A stretch of 63,759 nt of DNA, filler included, from Candidatus Nanoarchaeia archaeon (GCA_035290625.1; 5 parts of 5 records of this genome joined end to end with filler, not necessarily neighbours in it), one strand, 5' to 3'. Positions 28,775 to 40,957 are shown, counted from the first letter of the whole stretch. Notes: generated by a model not told the origin, from the letters alone. Numbers and translations are program-made.

Positions 28775-28874
28775 NNNNNNNNNNNNNNNNNNNNNNNNNN
28801 NNNNNNNNNNNNNNNNNNTTAATTAATTAANNNNNNNNNNNNNNNNNNNNNNNNNNNNNNNNNNNNNNNNNNNN

Positions 28875-31800
28875 TTCCAAAATCAAATATATCTTTGAAC
28901 GTTATCGGATCTGAAGCATTCGCTCCCATTTGCGTCTTCCCATCTGACCCATTTGAACCCCAGACCGTTATCCTCTGGGTATAATTATCAAAGCTCATCG
29001 GGTAATCAGCGGCAGCCCCGCCCCCCGGGGCGCATGTATTTACAGTAAATTGCCACATTTGCGATGACGTTGAATTTTGTGTTCCAGTAGATGCTATTAC
29101 TTTCCAATAATATGTACCTGCACTTAAACCACTCCAGAGATAATTTGTAACTGTAGTTTCTGATAACAACGTGGTCCCATCTACTGCATCTCCAAAGACA
29201 AAATAGCTCGTTGCCCCGCTCACCGCCAACCAAGAGATAACTACGTTCTCGCTCGCTTGTGTTGAGGCATTTGGGGGGGCTTCCAAGGTTGGGGCATCTG
29301 GCACAAAGACAAACGTTTTAATATTGACCATAAGAGGCTGTGTGTCTCCAAACAATCTGCCATGATTCCACAAATAGCTTATATTCTCCAGGCGGACTGT
29401 TCCTGCTTCCTCCGAAGCTGCATCTGTGAAAGACCGCACACCGATATTGCGTGATGTCGTCTTAAATTGCTGTTGCTCTTCTTCCGTTAGGCTATAATTG
29501 ATCCATTTTTGACTTTTATTGTTATTAAAAGAAAAAGCCTGCCACACAAGCTTATCTCTTCCAGAATCATCCGTAATGTTTAAAGACGATCTTGCAATCG
29601 TAAGATTAAAGCCATTCCAGCTATGGTTTATATAGAAATCTATACTCGAAATCCTTTGATAGTCTTGATTCGGGTCTGAAAAAGTAAAACTCTTTTCATC
29701 GAAACAGCTAGCACCTGAACAGTTTATAGCGGTTGTGTTTCTATATATCTGTGTTGCACGTGTATCATTGAACCCTTCAGCATATAGTAAGTATCGTGTT
29801 TCTTCAGTGCAATTCATAACAAACTCAAAATTTGTTACAGCCTCTTTCGCCAAGGCGCCTAATTGCCATGTTATCTTCCGTGTGCTTGGATCAAAAGTTC
29901 CTGTATAGTTGGTGGCGTTGCATGCTCCAGGAATAAGAAGAGACGCATTCCATGCATTTGCTATTATTGCAGCATCTCCTATGTTTGTTATAGTGAAATT
30001 ATATGTCTGATTGTCAGATGGATCAGCGGATCTTTTTCTAGCTGTGCTCTGCCCGACTGACACAAGATCAAAACTTAAATGCTTCTCGCCTGTATAATTT
30101 ATGGTCGTTATTTCGTACTCTCTGTCTTCCGATATATTCCTAGCCCCCCACGTTAAATTATATCTAATCGTTCCCCGCTGGGCTTGACTTGAATGAGACA
30201 AGATGTTATACTGAATTGTTTTGTACTCTCCTGCAGCTATTGTCCCAAACTGGCTTGTTCCTAACCGAATCTCTCCTTTAGGGATATCCGTAGTACCTGT
30301 TGAAGTTCCATCCAGTGTTTGCCCATAGGCAGTCCATCCAGACGCTACCTTCTCTACAAAGGAGATATCTTCTGCAAGGGCGCATCCTTTGTTGCGTACC
30401 AACAGCCTAGAATTAAACTGCAGGTTATTCCCTGCCTCAGTAGGCACTTCCCTAAACACTTCAAGGATAGGGATACTTTGCGAAGTTTCAATGCCTACGA
30501 GATTGCTTTTGTTCCTCCCAGAACCAAGGAAAGTGTAATTAGCCGTGGCATTAATGCCTGCCACCTCTGTGCCTTGTGAAGAGGTTACATTAAACTGAAC
30601 AGTGAAATTACCAGCTGTTGATCGATTGATAACTCGGAACGCAGGCGTAAAGCTCCAATTTGTGGGAACCCCAAGGCTGATATTATAGCTAATCTTATCT
30701 GTGAATGGGTGGTATATGGTAACATTAAAATACTCATTTGTCCCATTACACCTATACCGAGAAGCTTTGATATTGGCTATCTCGACGGGCATAAATACAA
30801 AATCCTCCCTCTTCTGGGTTGTCAACCCGCCTGTAACATACGCCTCCAATCTGTAATTCCCTATACTCCAAGCACTGGTGTTTATATTCGTGAAATTATA
30901 CTCCAATGATGTGTAGCCAGTAATATTTAAATCAGGGACTCTGGATGAGTTAACCATGCCTCCTGAGGAGTTTGTTATATTTAATTCAAGGGTAAAGGTA
31001 TAGTTTGCGGCCAACGCATTCTCCACTTGGATTGTAACATTAAGGAATCCATCATTTGGCTCTATCCCTGTTGTAGCAATCCCATTCACATTTGGTATGA
31101 TATCCTTAATCCTTGCTCCTGCAGTATAATACATTTCTAGACTTAGGTAATCAACCATTAAGTCATTTGAACCAATATTCTCTATCTTAATCTTGCAAAA
31201 TCCCCCTTCAGGAACCATCTGCCCGCTTAATATCCCCACACCTATCCTTTCAGCATTATCATCAATGTCTTTCCTGTACACTGGCTCATAATCTGACCCA
31301 TTAAAACTAGAGATCCTTACATTCGATGTGGCGCTCACGCCTTCTGCATTAATTGTTAAATTGCTGTACTCATAATCCCCAGCTTCGCAACCCCATCGCG
31401 CAACGACATATTCCCGCGGAGATTGTCCTTGGGTTAACTGCGCTTCTGATACGTTGCTGTCCAAAGAACTCCCGGGAGTGGCATCAATTGAAGAAACATG
31501 CTCTGTAACATTGCAAATATTGTCGCTGCAATTCAAAAAACCGGAAGTATCATACAAAAGCGCTTGCTCTGGAGTGGAAGATACCTGCCATTTGTAGATG
31601 GTAATGCTAAATGTATCTGATTCATTTAACCCTTGGGAGTTATTTACTGATATATTGATGGTAAACGCGCCAGAGCTGTTTGGCAATAAGCCATAGCTCC
31701 CATCTTTAGTCAATCCGCTGCCGATATACGTAAGGTTTATCGTCTCATTCGGTGAAGGCTTCCAGCCATCTGGAAGATTTCGAATTTTTGCTAATGTATC

Positions 31801-34245
31801 ATTCGATTCGTCTAAAGAAGACGTGACTGTAAGATTCAATCCAAACGATTTATTCTGAAATCCGAAGTTAGGAGTCTTAAACTGGGAGATATCAAGGGTC
31901 GCGGCGCAAGGAGTATTTATGTTTATACTGTATGTCGTAGGAGTCTCGTTATTAGCGTAGCACTCATCTCCTGAAGTGAATGCTTTCCATTGCTGGGGTC
32001 CTGGGCTCCATAAGCACGAATCGTCTCTAAAATTGAAGCTTGCATTTCCAACATCATTCGTCTCATTAGACCCGGCCAATTGATCTACCCTGCCGCTCAC
32101 ATTAAAATAAACAGTTGCGTTCTCAGGCGTTAAATCATAGACATTCCTTATACTGTCCCTCACACGCACTGCAAGAACGGCCCCGTCAGTCTCGTTCATA
32201 CTGCTTCCGCTGCCCGCCATTAACTCAAGTTCAACGTTGTCCTGCACCAATGTAGTGAACGTGCTACTGCTTTCAGCATTGCCTCCCGTGCTTGTGCTGT
32301 TGAACTTGAATTTCCAAGTCTCTTTATCACTGCATCCCGAGAAGTTGTATGTAAAATTCATTTCTCCGCAGCCTTGGCCGGTGCAATTAAGCTCAGATCC
32401 AATCTGGGTATACACCGTATACGTGGGAGCATCGTTGCTAATCCATGCTTTTACAAACAGCGTTCTATCATCATCTCCGGCTGACGCAGTAACGTTAAAC
32501 TTCTGTTGCGCGCCCCATGGCCCATTGTTAGGAGTTACCTCTGGATTGTTTAATTTGGGCGCTCCTGTGAGTTTGAAGGTGATCACATCTGAAGCATTAG
32601 CATCGTAATCTGGTTTCGACCCCAAAAAAGTGGCATTATAGAATCCAGCAACCTTATTAGACGTATTCCATAAACAATCGTAGGAATCGCTATCCTGGCT
32701 CCAAATCCCTGTAGTAACATCATTAGATGACTCATTGCATAAAAAGTGAAACCCGCTTGGACCATAAATATCAAAACTCATATTTGCTCCTGTTACATAC
32801 CCGCAGCTATCAACAACAGATCCTGAGAACGTTACTGTTGGATTAGCGTCCGTATCAATCTCTGTGCCATTAGTATGACTATCCAAAGAGGCATTAAAAT
32901 CATCAGTTACATTAACATAAAATTCGATGCTCTCTGCGGAATCATAACAATCCTGATCAGGGTATTCCTGCGTAGACCCGTCAGTTGTAAACTTCCATTT
33001 CTGCAAACCAACCTCGTATTTTGTCGGGCTGCATGTTGCTCCGAATGAAAAACTGATATTCCCTGCATCATGGGATGTATTCGTGCCAATCGTGTTATAG
33101 GTGGAATTATCATTCGTCACCTTCAGTGTAATAGTCGTGTTCCTGAGAATTGCAGAATTATTCGTCGTATCATTCCCATAGAGAGTAAGCGTTACGAATG
33201 TATCTCCAGAGGTTGCGCCTCGATTCGTAACACTGGCATTTCCAGCAACGTGGGAAAATGAAATCTTATCCTTTAATACTGTAAAAAAGTGCGTTAAGTC
33301 AGGATCTACGAGCCTGGTAAACGGTCCATTAACAGTATCATTATCCGTTGCATTGAACATATAATACCTCTTGCCTATATCGCCGCATGTGAATCCTTTA
33401 AACAGTATTGAAGTAGAAGTAAAATTCTGGCATTTCGGGCAAGGCGATTCACTAAGCCTCGTAGCCCCAGTCAAGCTTGGTGTCTCATTATAATACGCTG
33501 TTACATTAAGATTATCACTGTTTGGATCCCGCGCAAACAAAGTAAAATTAAACGTATCTCCCCAGCCTCCCTGTGCCGTTGTATTTGAAGCATTAACTGA
33601 AGTTCCTACTGACTGATTTTCCACTTTTGGTAATACTTCAGTATAGCACCATGTGTAGTTGAGATTAAATACATCAAGCAGCGCAAATTTTTCGCCATAG
33701 GCTCGTACCGAGTAACAATCCTCATCTGTATACCCGTTCCCAATCGACAGGCTGCATGTATTAGGTCCGCCAGAATCAAGACCGCAATCATCATAGTATG
33801 TAGCTGCCTGCCCTTTTGGGAAATTCTTATATGCAATATATCGCGTATATGCGGCATTTGATGCATTGACACAGTCTTTCTGGCTCGTATTGGACATTTG
33901 CGCATATCCAAGGATAGTGCCACCTCCTGTTGCCCCAATATCCAGCATTCTTGTGTATGCTGTGATATTTTTTATGTAGCAATCTATCACAGTCTCGCCT
34001 GATGCTTCTGTACAGTTTGTTCCCACAGTCCATACCGCGTCCCTTTGCACATTAGCAGCTTTGCTCCCTCCTCCAAAGAAAGCAACACTATCCACAAACA
34101 ACCCGCATTGCTCCGCGCTTTGGGCAGCTGTTTTCTCAGAGAGCACTGCTACTGCAAGACCTATGCACAGCAGAACAACAGCAACTTCTATCCATACACG
34201 AGCGGATTTCTTCTTTTTTGATATGTTTGAGTTATCTTTTTCCAT
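28875..34245 (-). CDS. Very large secreted S-layer/surface glycoprotein-like protein, C-terminus truncated by gap
   Basis: >1790 aa, N-terminal signal/TM, very many N-x-S/T sequons, Ig/FN3-like beta-rich repeats. Confidence 0.7.
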
Positions 34246-35950
34246 TGCTTTTTTCCAAAAATCTTTCTATATCCGAAAGTACCTCTTTTGGATCCTGGTA
34301 GAGGACCCTTTTTGCAGTTGAAAACTCTAAGAGCGGGTTGTCATCTGTTACCAAGGGAGCATCATCTGCATACCCTTTCATTTGCTCTTCTGTAAAAAGG
34401 AGTAAATGCAGCACATTATCAGAAGAACGAAGGCCAATAGGCCCAAGGTATTGTTTTGCAGAAGACGGCAGCGCCTCGAAATTCTTTTTGATGCCCTCCT
34501 CATCAATCTTTATAGGCTGATGAGAGCCTATGAGGATTATCTCAGGCGTAACATACTTTACCGGCAATTCCTCGTCTTCCTTGATGCTTGCAAATGCCGC
34601 AATATATGGAAATACAGAATTGAAGGTTCTGTAAAAAGACTTGAACGTATTAATATCCAGTTCATATAATGGCACCCATTGCGCATACAGCCCATTTTGG
34701 CGTAAGTGATCTTGGGAGAGTTCGAAAAATTCCTTTGAATACAATGAGCTTGAAAACGACTGCCATGGATCAGATGGTTCCGGAACAATGACATCATACT
34801 TCTCTGTGCTCCGCAGCAAATAATTCCTTCCATCAGCAATAACAAGCTTATGGTTCGGATTTCTCAGTACATTCTCGTTCATAAAGGAGAAATACGGTAT
34901 AACATTAACAACCGCAGGCTCTATTTCTACTGTTGTCGTAGCCAGGAATTGCGCGAGTTGACCAGACGTTGTTCCTGTTCCCAAGCCAACTACTAAAGCC
35001 TCTTTACTCTCTGGTTTAAGCAGCAATGGCAGGTAACTCAGTAAGAAATTAACCCGCAGGTCAGTTATGATGCTGCTTCCTTGCCCCTTTCCATTGAAGA
35101 GCAAGACTGTCCCTCCTTCCTGTTCTCTTATTACCGACAACGTTGCATGCAATCCTTCATTATAATACAGAAATTCAGCGCTCTCCATATACTCCTTTGG
35201 ATATCCTGAGCGATAAAACCCGCCAGAATACATCTCTTTAATATTGTACTCACCAACAAAAGCAAAAACTGCAAAGAACAGGATGGCCAAAGGTACTATT
35301 TTTTTTGCAAGATGTATTGACGTATGATAAAGAACCAAACACCCAATGCCAATATTTAGGGCAGCAGCAACCAGCATACTCATTTTAATTCCAAGCAAAG
35401 GGATTAACACGAATCCTGCTGCAAAACTCCCTATAATCGCTCCAATATTATTTGCAGAATAAACTTCACCAATTCCCTTGCCTATTTTTCCTGTTGTATC
35501 TGTCGTATATTTTCCTGTTGTATATGTTGTATAGAATCTTGCAATCACCGGGAATGTTGCTCCCATTAAGGTTGTTGGTATAAGCAAAACCAGAAAGGTG
35601 ATTACGAACTGAGCAAACTCAAATACATAGAAGTTCTGATTTAAAGGGTAAACAACTCTATGAACATCAGGCAATTTGTTAAAGATCGTGAGAAGCAAAA
35701 CCCCATACGCTCCAATGCCTAATTCTAACAAAGCATAGGTTGCTGGCAAATTCTTAATCCTGTCTGTGTATCTACTGATGATGAACGAACCCAATGCGAG
35801 GCCAGCCATAAATGCGGCAAGAATGATGCTTACCGTGTATGTAGTTGAACCAAGAACAAACTGCAAGGGCCGTATCCAGACAACTTCATACATCAATGCA
35901 GCTATCCCAGATGCCGCAAATGCAGTTAAGATTATTCTCTTAAGATTCAT
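34232..35950 (-). CDS. Membrane-fused spermidine synthase-like methyl/aminopropyltransferase
   Basis: 7-TM N-domain (SGIAALMYEVVWIR, GEVYSANNIGAIIG), VVGLGTG, VEIEP, ADGRNYL, TDDNPLLEF. Confidence 0.8.
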   Translation of the reverse strand: MNLKRIILTAFAASGIAALMYEVVWIRPLQFVLGSTTYTVSIILAAFMAGLALGSFIISRYTDRIKNLPATYALLELGIGAYGVLLLTIFNKLPDVHRVVYPLNQNFYVFEFAQFVITFLVLLIPTTLMGATFPVIARFYTTYTTGKYTTDTTGKIGKGIGEVYSANNIGAIIGSFAAGFVLIPLLGIKMSMLVAAALNIGIGCLVLYHTSIHLAKKIVPLAILFFAVFAFVGEYNIKEMYSGGFYRSGYPKEYMESAEFLYYNEGLHATLSVIREQEGGTVLLFNGKGQGSSIITDLRVNFLLSYLPLLLKPESKEALVVGLGTGTTSGQLAQFLATTTVEIEPAVVNVIPYFSFMNENVLRNPNHKLVIADGRNYLLRSTEKYDVIVPEPSDPWQSFSSSLYSKEFFELSQDHLRQNGLYAQWVPLYELDINTFKSFYRTFNSVFPYIAAFASIKEDEELPVKYVTPEIILIGSHQPIKIDEEGIKKNFEALPSSAKQYLGPIGLRSSDNVLHLLLFTEEQMKGYADDAPLVTDDNPLLEFSTAKRVLYQDPKEVLSDIERFLEKSNGKR

Positions 35951-36620
35951 GTTTCCACCTTGCATACGTAAAGATCAAAATTGCAAATAAGAACAGTAAT
36001 ACCGCATAACTCCAAGATGAGGCAGCATCGGTATTGCCGACGCTCTCGCCTTTCCCATACCCCTTGTTCTCAGCCCAGCACCACGTATAATCTATCTTCG
36101 TCACGTCAATCAAAGCAGACTTATCCGCTCCAACCTTTACAGAAAAACAATCAGTATCATAGTACCCTTCGGATCGATCCAGGGAACAAAGATTCTTTTC
36201 TTGGCCTTCGCCGCAATCCCACTCCCACCGATCAGGCAGATTCTCTTCGTATCCTGCCTCCTTATAACTCGCATATCTTGAATAGACAGCCTTTGAAGGA
36301 TCATTACAATTGGCCTCCTCTGCATTTGAAATCTGGACATAACTCCTTCCAAGCTCTTCATCGCCATAATATCTTTCTCTAACATACACACGTATCCTTT
36401 GCACGAAACAGTGAGACCCTAAGCACCCATCTCCTGCCTTCCATGTGTAATACGAAATTGAATCTTGCGCATTGCTCATACCGCTGCTCCATATTAGATT
36501 GTCCTGGAACTCTTCACATGTTATGGGCGCATTTGCGTTTTCCCATACGTAAACTATCCCCAGCAATACAATCACTCCCACAATCCCAAATAGCGCCACA
36601 CGAGGCTTATCGATTTTCAT
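35940..36620 (-). CDS. Membrane-anchored Cys-rich protein homologous to the N-domain of the large surface protein
   Basis: YVQISNA..C..YSRY..DC..CSL..DTDCFSV..IDYTWCW aligns with YAQMSNT..C..YTRY..DC..CSL..DEDCYSV..LNYTWCY. Confidence 0.65.
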   Translation of the reverse strand: MKIDKPRVALFGIVGVIVLLGIVYVWENANAPITCEEFQDNLIWSSGMSNAQDSISYYTWKAGDGCLGSHCFVQRIRVYVRERYYGDEELGRSYVQISNAEEANCNDPSKAVYSRYASYKEAGYEENLPDRWEWDCGEGQEKNLCSLDRSEGYYDTDCFSVKVGADKSALIDVTKIDYTWCWAENKGYGKGESVGNTDAASSWSYAVLLFLFAILIFTYARWKHES

Positions 36621-37233
36621 TTCTCCTCCGTATGAATACAAAAACAAGCAATGCTATCAACACATTCAAAAAAGCAGCAATTATCGATGTTTTAGCAATG
36701 CCAAAAACAGGAATCAAAATAAACCCTGCAGCGATACTGCCGCATGCTGCGCCAGCCGAGTTCCACGAGTAAAGCATTCCCGTATCTTTCCCCAGCTTTT
36801 CCAAGCTTGAGTAAGCGGCGTTAACCATAGGCCATGTCCCGCCAAACAGCGTAGCAGGGATGATCAGAACACCAAAAGAGAGTATAAACTGCACAAATTG
36901 GAATCCTGGAACCTCAAGTAAGCCCAAATATATCGATGGCAATATTTCAAACAATGACAGTATAATGAACCCATACAGGCCGATACCCAACTCCAATGCG
37001 GCAAATATCATCGCAGGCCTTTCGGCTCTGTCTGCTAAATTCCGGAAGATATACGCGCCAAGAGCAAAGCCAAACAACAACGTGGTCAGCATTGCAGACA
37101 CTGCATAGATCGTTGACCCAAAGATTAACTGCAGCGGCCTTGTCCAAACAACTTCGTACATCAAGGCAGTCATACCACTAAGTCCAAATGCCAGCAATAA
37201 TAACGTCCTCAATGAGCGTGTTTTTGTTTCCAT
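36607..37233 (-). CDS. Stand-alone membrane domain of the spermidine synthase-like family
   Basis: SGMTALMYEVVWTRPLQ..LELGIGLYG..YSWNSAGA; paralog of the N-domain of 34232-35950. Confidence 0.7.
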   Translation of the reverse strand: METKTRSLRTLLLLAFGLSGMTALMYEVVWTRPLQLIFGSTIYAVSAMLTTLLFGFALGAYIFRNLADRAERPAMIFAALELGIGLYGFIILSLFEILPSIYLGLLEVPGFQFVQFILSFGVLIIPATLFGGTWPMVNAAYSSLEKLGKDTGMLYSWNSAGAACGSIAAGFILIPVFGIAKTSIIAAFLNVLIALLVFVFIRRRNENR

Positions 37234-37237
37234 GTGC

Positions 37238-37759
37238 CTACCCAAGATTGAATATATTCACGTTCCCCCCCATCGCAAAAACAAGTTTCACATCCTTGGT
37301 CTCCAATACAGGAAAAGTTACATACCCCTCCCGCCTCTCATGGGGGGAAATCTTCAAAGAACTGCCAAACACCTTCTCATCTTGAGAGATTTGGTATGCT
37401 ATCGATGCATAAGGATCATACTGGTTTCCAGATCCATCAACGAGCCTGATTGAGCTGAGAGTCTGCACTTCCTGGCCAGGATTGTACACATCAACCCATA
37501 TTCTATAATAGCTCCTGTTCACCCAGTCGTCAGAGTTGAGGTCATAATACCTATACGCTGCTTCTTCAAGATCCCCCGCAGCTATCTGCAATCTATCCCT
37601 CTCTATTTGCTCGGTCTCCAGAACAGCCGCGCCGGTAATTCCTTTTATCTTGATCAGCAAGAAACTGATAAGGAAGATAGCGGCTAAGCTGCCCATCACA
37701 ACTAGTATGCCTGTCCTGCCCAACTTTCCTTTTTTTGTTTTCATAAGCTCACCCACCAT
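37238..37759 (-). CDS. DUF4352-like membrane-anchored Ig-fold protein
   Basis: ITGAAV anchor; VDVYNP..RLVDGSGNQY..ISP..REGYVTF. Confidence 0.55.
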   Translation of the reverse strand: MVGELMKTKKGKLGRTGILVVMGSLAAIFLISFLLIKIKGITGAAVLETEQIERDRLQIAAGDLEEAAYRYYDLNSDDWVNRSYYRIWVDVYNPGQEVQTLSSIRLVDGSGNQYDPYASIAYQISQDEKVFGSSLKISPHERREGYVTFPVLETKDVKLVFAMGGNVNIFNLG

Positions 37760-37831
37760 GATGCCCTCTTTTTCTTATCCAAAAATCAAACCAGCATCGT
37801 AAAATGCTGGAATGAACTTCTGGATTTTTGG

Positions 37832-38419
37832 TCACCTCCTTAGCTTGAATACGCTCCTCTCACCAGATTCAAGCTCAAAAACCAGCTCCAGTGTTTTGGC
37901 GCCTTCCGCGACATCCAAAAAGAAGAGATAGCCCTTCCTCAAGGTGCTTGGAGAAACAATTTTGTCCCTGCCAAATTCTTGAAGCTCAACGCTCGGGTCA
38001 GGATTTGGCTCTACGCCGTACTCCTTACCCAGGTCATCCCGCAGTTTTACGGAATCAAAGACGATATCTTGGGCTGTCGGATTCAGCACCTCAACATATA
38101 TCTTCTCGTATGTCTTCTCAACCGTCTCCAAACTTCTAACAAAAGACTCCCCTGTGTCCGTAGTCTTGACCATCTTTAAGGAATATCTACCCTCTTCCGG
38201 CTCGCTTACCAGTATCTCCAAGCCTCCGAGATTAGCCTTTTCACCAATTACAGCCTGGTGAATCACAGAGGCAGCAGGCCCTTCAATTTCTGCTACTGCT
38301 TGACTTTCTGTTTCAATTTCTTGGGTCGCGCAAGCACTCAAAAGCAAGGCCAGACCCAAGACTAGGGCAGTGAAAACTATTTCTCGCCCCTTACTTCCCT
38401 TATACCCTATTTTTTCCAT
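37832..38419 (-). CDS. DUF4352-like lipoprotein
   Basis: LLLSAC lipobox-like; KLRDDLGKEY..VSPSTLRKGYLFF. Confidence 0.55.
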   Translation of the reverse strand: MEKIGYKGSKGREIVFTALVLGLALLLSACATQEIETESQAVAEIEGPAASVIHQAVIGEKANLGGLEILVSEPEEGRYSLKMVKTTDTGESFVRSLETVEKTYEKIYVEVLNPTAQDIVFDSVKLRDDLGKEYGVEPNPDPSVELQEFGRDKIVSPSTLRKGYLFFLDVAEGAKTLELVFELESGERSVFKLRR

Positions 38420-38442
38420 TTTTACCTCCTTTTGTTTTTTCT

Positions 38443-39054
38443 TTATCTCTCAAATTCAAACACACCCTCCTCACCTGATTCTAACTCAAAAACCAACTGC
38501 AATGTTCTGGCATCCTTAGAAACGTCCAAGAAGATCAGATAGCCTTTCCTCAAAGTGCTTGGAGAAACAATGGGGTCCCTGCCAAACTCTACCAGATCAG
38601 CATCAGAGGGATTTGAGTCAATTCCGTACTCCTCACCTATATCATCCAACAGTTTTATGGAGTTAAAGACAATATCTGCAGCAGTCGGATTGAAGGCACT
38701 AACATATACCTTTTCGAAGGTTTTTGTTACAGGCTCGTACTTAAGGATATAATCAGATCCTGTATCAATCCTTTTTGGCACCTTAATAGAGTAGGTTTCC
38801 TCATCCGCGCCGGTGACGCTTAGTTCAAGGTCTCCAAGAATCATTTTCTCTCCTAGCCCCAGCCCCCTGTTTGTTTTAGCTTCCGCATCCGTATCGACTG
38901 CAGCAAAACCTGATACCGAATCGCCACCTCTGCTTATCTCCTGCGGGGTTAAAAATATCACAAAAAGGAATGCTGACATTACTGCCAGGCACACAAAGAT
39001 AATCTTTTTATTTTCGCTGCCAGATTTTTTTCCTTTTTTCGACTTCTTTCTCAT
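38443..39054 (-). CDS. DUF4352-like protein, close paralog of 37832-38419
   Basis: Shared EFGRD.IVSPSTLRKGYL.FLDV..LVFELESGE. Confidence 0.55.
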   Translation of the reverse strand: MRKKSKKGKKSGSENKKIIFVCLAVMSAFLFVIFLTPQEISRGGDSVSGFAAVDTDAEAKTNRGLGLGEKMILGDLELSVTGADEETYSIKVPKRIDTGSDYILKYEPVTKTFEKVYVSAFNPTAADIVFNSIKLLDDIGEEYGIDSNPSDADLVEFGRDPIVSPSTLRKGYLIFLDVSKDARTLQLVFELESGEEGVFEFER

Positions 39055-39593
39055 TGTTTCGCCTCCTTTTGCTTCGCTCTCTTGTATACAATCCAAATAT
39101 TACTCGGATTCTTATTCAGTAATTTGGCAATCTTTGAATTTTTCAAATGTCTAACATCCTTCAGATAGGAAACAAGGCATTCCAGAATGCTAAGCCCATC
39201 ATTCTGAAATACAGAAACGGCCACAGAATCGGTCTCGCTAATCTCTAATCGAGAAGCTCTTTTTTTTACTGCCCTCTGATAATTTGCCCATACCCCCCTC
39301 TCGTTCCTATGGATGAGCACTGCTATTTCATGGTATGTAAGCTGTTTCTCTTCCTTGAGATACTTGGTTAGCGCTTCAGATGGGCATAAACCAACAGAAA
39401 ATATTGAGACCGGAATCAACACTTCGGTGAGTCCTTCTTCTCCATAGACTCTGACGAGCTGTTCGTTAACATATCCATATTCACTTTTTAGTCTTTGAGC
39501 AATCTCCCCCAAAAGTTTGACGAGAAAATCACTCTCCGCAGTCTTGGGACTATCACTAATCCTCCCTCTTTTTTGCTCAAGGCTACTATTCAT
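39051..39593 (-). CDS. Tandem HTH (sigma-70 region 4-like) DNA-binding protein
   Basis: Two repeats: E.L..YLKE...LTYHEIA.L..R....W..Y.RA. Confidence 0.7.
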   Translation of the reverse strand: MNSSLEQKRGRISDSPKTAESDFLVKLLGEIAQRLKSEYGYVNEQLVRVYGEEGLTEVLIPVSIFSVGLCPSEALTKYLKEEKQLTYHEIAVLIHRNERGVWANYQRAVKKRASRLEISETDSVAVSVFQNDGLSILECLVSYLKDVRHLKNSKIAKLLNKNPSNIWIVYKRAKQKEAKQ

Positions 39594-39979
39594 GCAACTA
39601 ATCTACTTTTATGTATATCGATATATAAAGATTTTGTTTTTTTTACTAATTTTGTATAATCCTTACTATCTATCAACTATAAATAACCCTCTTTGTGTAA
39701 CTATTGGAATACAGATTACGTATTATCAGTATACTATCTAATAATGATTAAAATACAATGTATGTAGATTTATACTATTTTTGTATCATACTTAGGCTAT
39801 AGTTTCTAAGACCGCATACTAAGCGAACCCATCCCAGAGCCGCCAAAAACAAGGGAGCGTTGAACAGGAACTATTGAAAATTCGCTGATGGAAAACCACT
39901 GCTTGTCAACCCACGCGTTTACAGGAGCCTTCTTCAGATATCAGAGAACTAAATAATCTGGGTCTTAACTTCGTCTCCT

Positions 39980-40957
39980 CTACCTCAAAAGAACATTAAT
40001 CCCTTTTTTATAGTGATACATAAAATCATCTTCTGTTGAATCTTTGTGTTCTTTGATGTACTCTGTCATCTCTGTAAGTTTTGAACTTAACTCATCCGCG
40101 TAATACAATGCTAAAGCTTCTGGAAACATTGGCTCTTTTGGAGAGCCGAACTCCACTTTGCCATGATGGCTCACAATCATATGAAGAAGTTTGTTTTTTA
40201 AAATCTCTGATCCATTGATCTCATCCAGCTTCCTGGATATAAATACAATCCCCAAGGGAAGATGCCCGATCAATTGCCCTTTCTGAGTCCCCCTTATGCG
40301 AGACGTTACTTCTAACTCCTCCAGTTTACCGATATCATGCAGCAAAGCTCCAGTTATCAGCAGATCCGGATTGAGGTCCGGAAAAAGTTTTAAGCTGGTC
40401 TTGCAATACTCAACAATCTCAAGCATATGCTGCAGGAGCCCTGCGACCCAATTATGATGTATTTCTATTGCTGCAGGATGTTTCTTGATTTTATTCTCGA
40501 TACTTTTATCAGAGAAGACTGAAACAAGAAGTTGCTTGTAAACCGGCTCTTCAATATTTTGTATGATCGCCATCAAATCCGCATACATCCCATCTGGATC
40601 CTTCTTCCCCTGCTTAATAAAATCAGTCTCGTATTCGTCCCTATTCAGAACTCTTATCATATCCTGCTCATTTGCTACAATCTGCGGCTTATCATTATAA
40701 AATGAAAATCTTCCTTGCACAAGCACAACGGAATCAGACCTGATCGAATCAAAAAGCGCAGTTACCTTGGCCTCATCAAGGCCTCCCCAATACTTATACT
40801 CAAGGCTCTTGCCGCTTGAATCTGAGAGGATAAGGGTGAATGAATACCCTTTACTATAAGGTGAGACGCCCTTCTTGATCTTAACAACAAAAATATCCAT
40901 CACAATGTCTCCTTTTTTAAGAGTGTTGATTGGTTGTTTTTTCGTAAATTTATCCAT
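39980..40957 (-). CDS. YhaM/Cbf1-like OB-fold + HD 3'-5' exonuclease
   Basis: N-terminal OB fold, PAA..HH...GLLQH, LLHDIGK, SHHG, PKEP, YADE. Confidence 0.85.
   Translation of the reverse strand: MDKFTKKQPINTLKKGDIVMDIFVVKIKKGVSPYSKGYSFTLILSDSSGKSLEYKYWGGLDEAKVTALFDSIRSDSVVLVQGRFSFYNDKPQIVANEQDMIRVLNRDEYETDFIKQGKKDPDGMYADLMAIIQNIEEPVYKQLLVSVFSDKSIENKIKKHPAAIEIHHNWVAGLLQHMLEIVEYCKTSLKLFPDLNPDLLITGALLHDIGKLEELEVTSRIRGTQKGQLIGHLPLGIVFISRKLDEINGSEILKNKLLHMIVSHHGKVEFGSPKEPMFPEALALYYADELSSKLTEMTEYIKEHKDSTEDDFMYHYKKGINVLLR

Noticed and set aside
28819..28830. TTAATTAATTAA palindrome inside all four N-runs
   Set aside because: Artificial six-frame stop linker used to concatenate contigs; ORFs ending in X..LIN are artefacts and synteny across gaps is unproven
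35486..35533. 24-bp tandem duplication (YTTYTTGK/YTTDTTGK) in the spermidine synthase-like gene
   Set aside because: In-frame two-copy loop duplication with no further signal
38022..38032. TCCTTACCCAG matches the start of element E's left segment (also a 10-nt C-left match at 43331)
   Set aside because: 10-11 nt matches are expected by chance in 64 kb across 12 segments; no longer in-window target was seen by eye
39664..39740. TACTATCTA repeated upstream of the tandem-HTH gene
   Set aside because: Two 9-mers in a very AT-rich tract are too weak to call an operator
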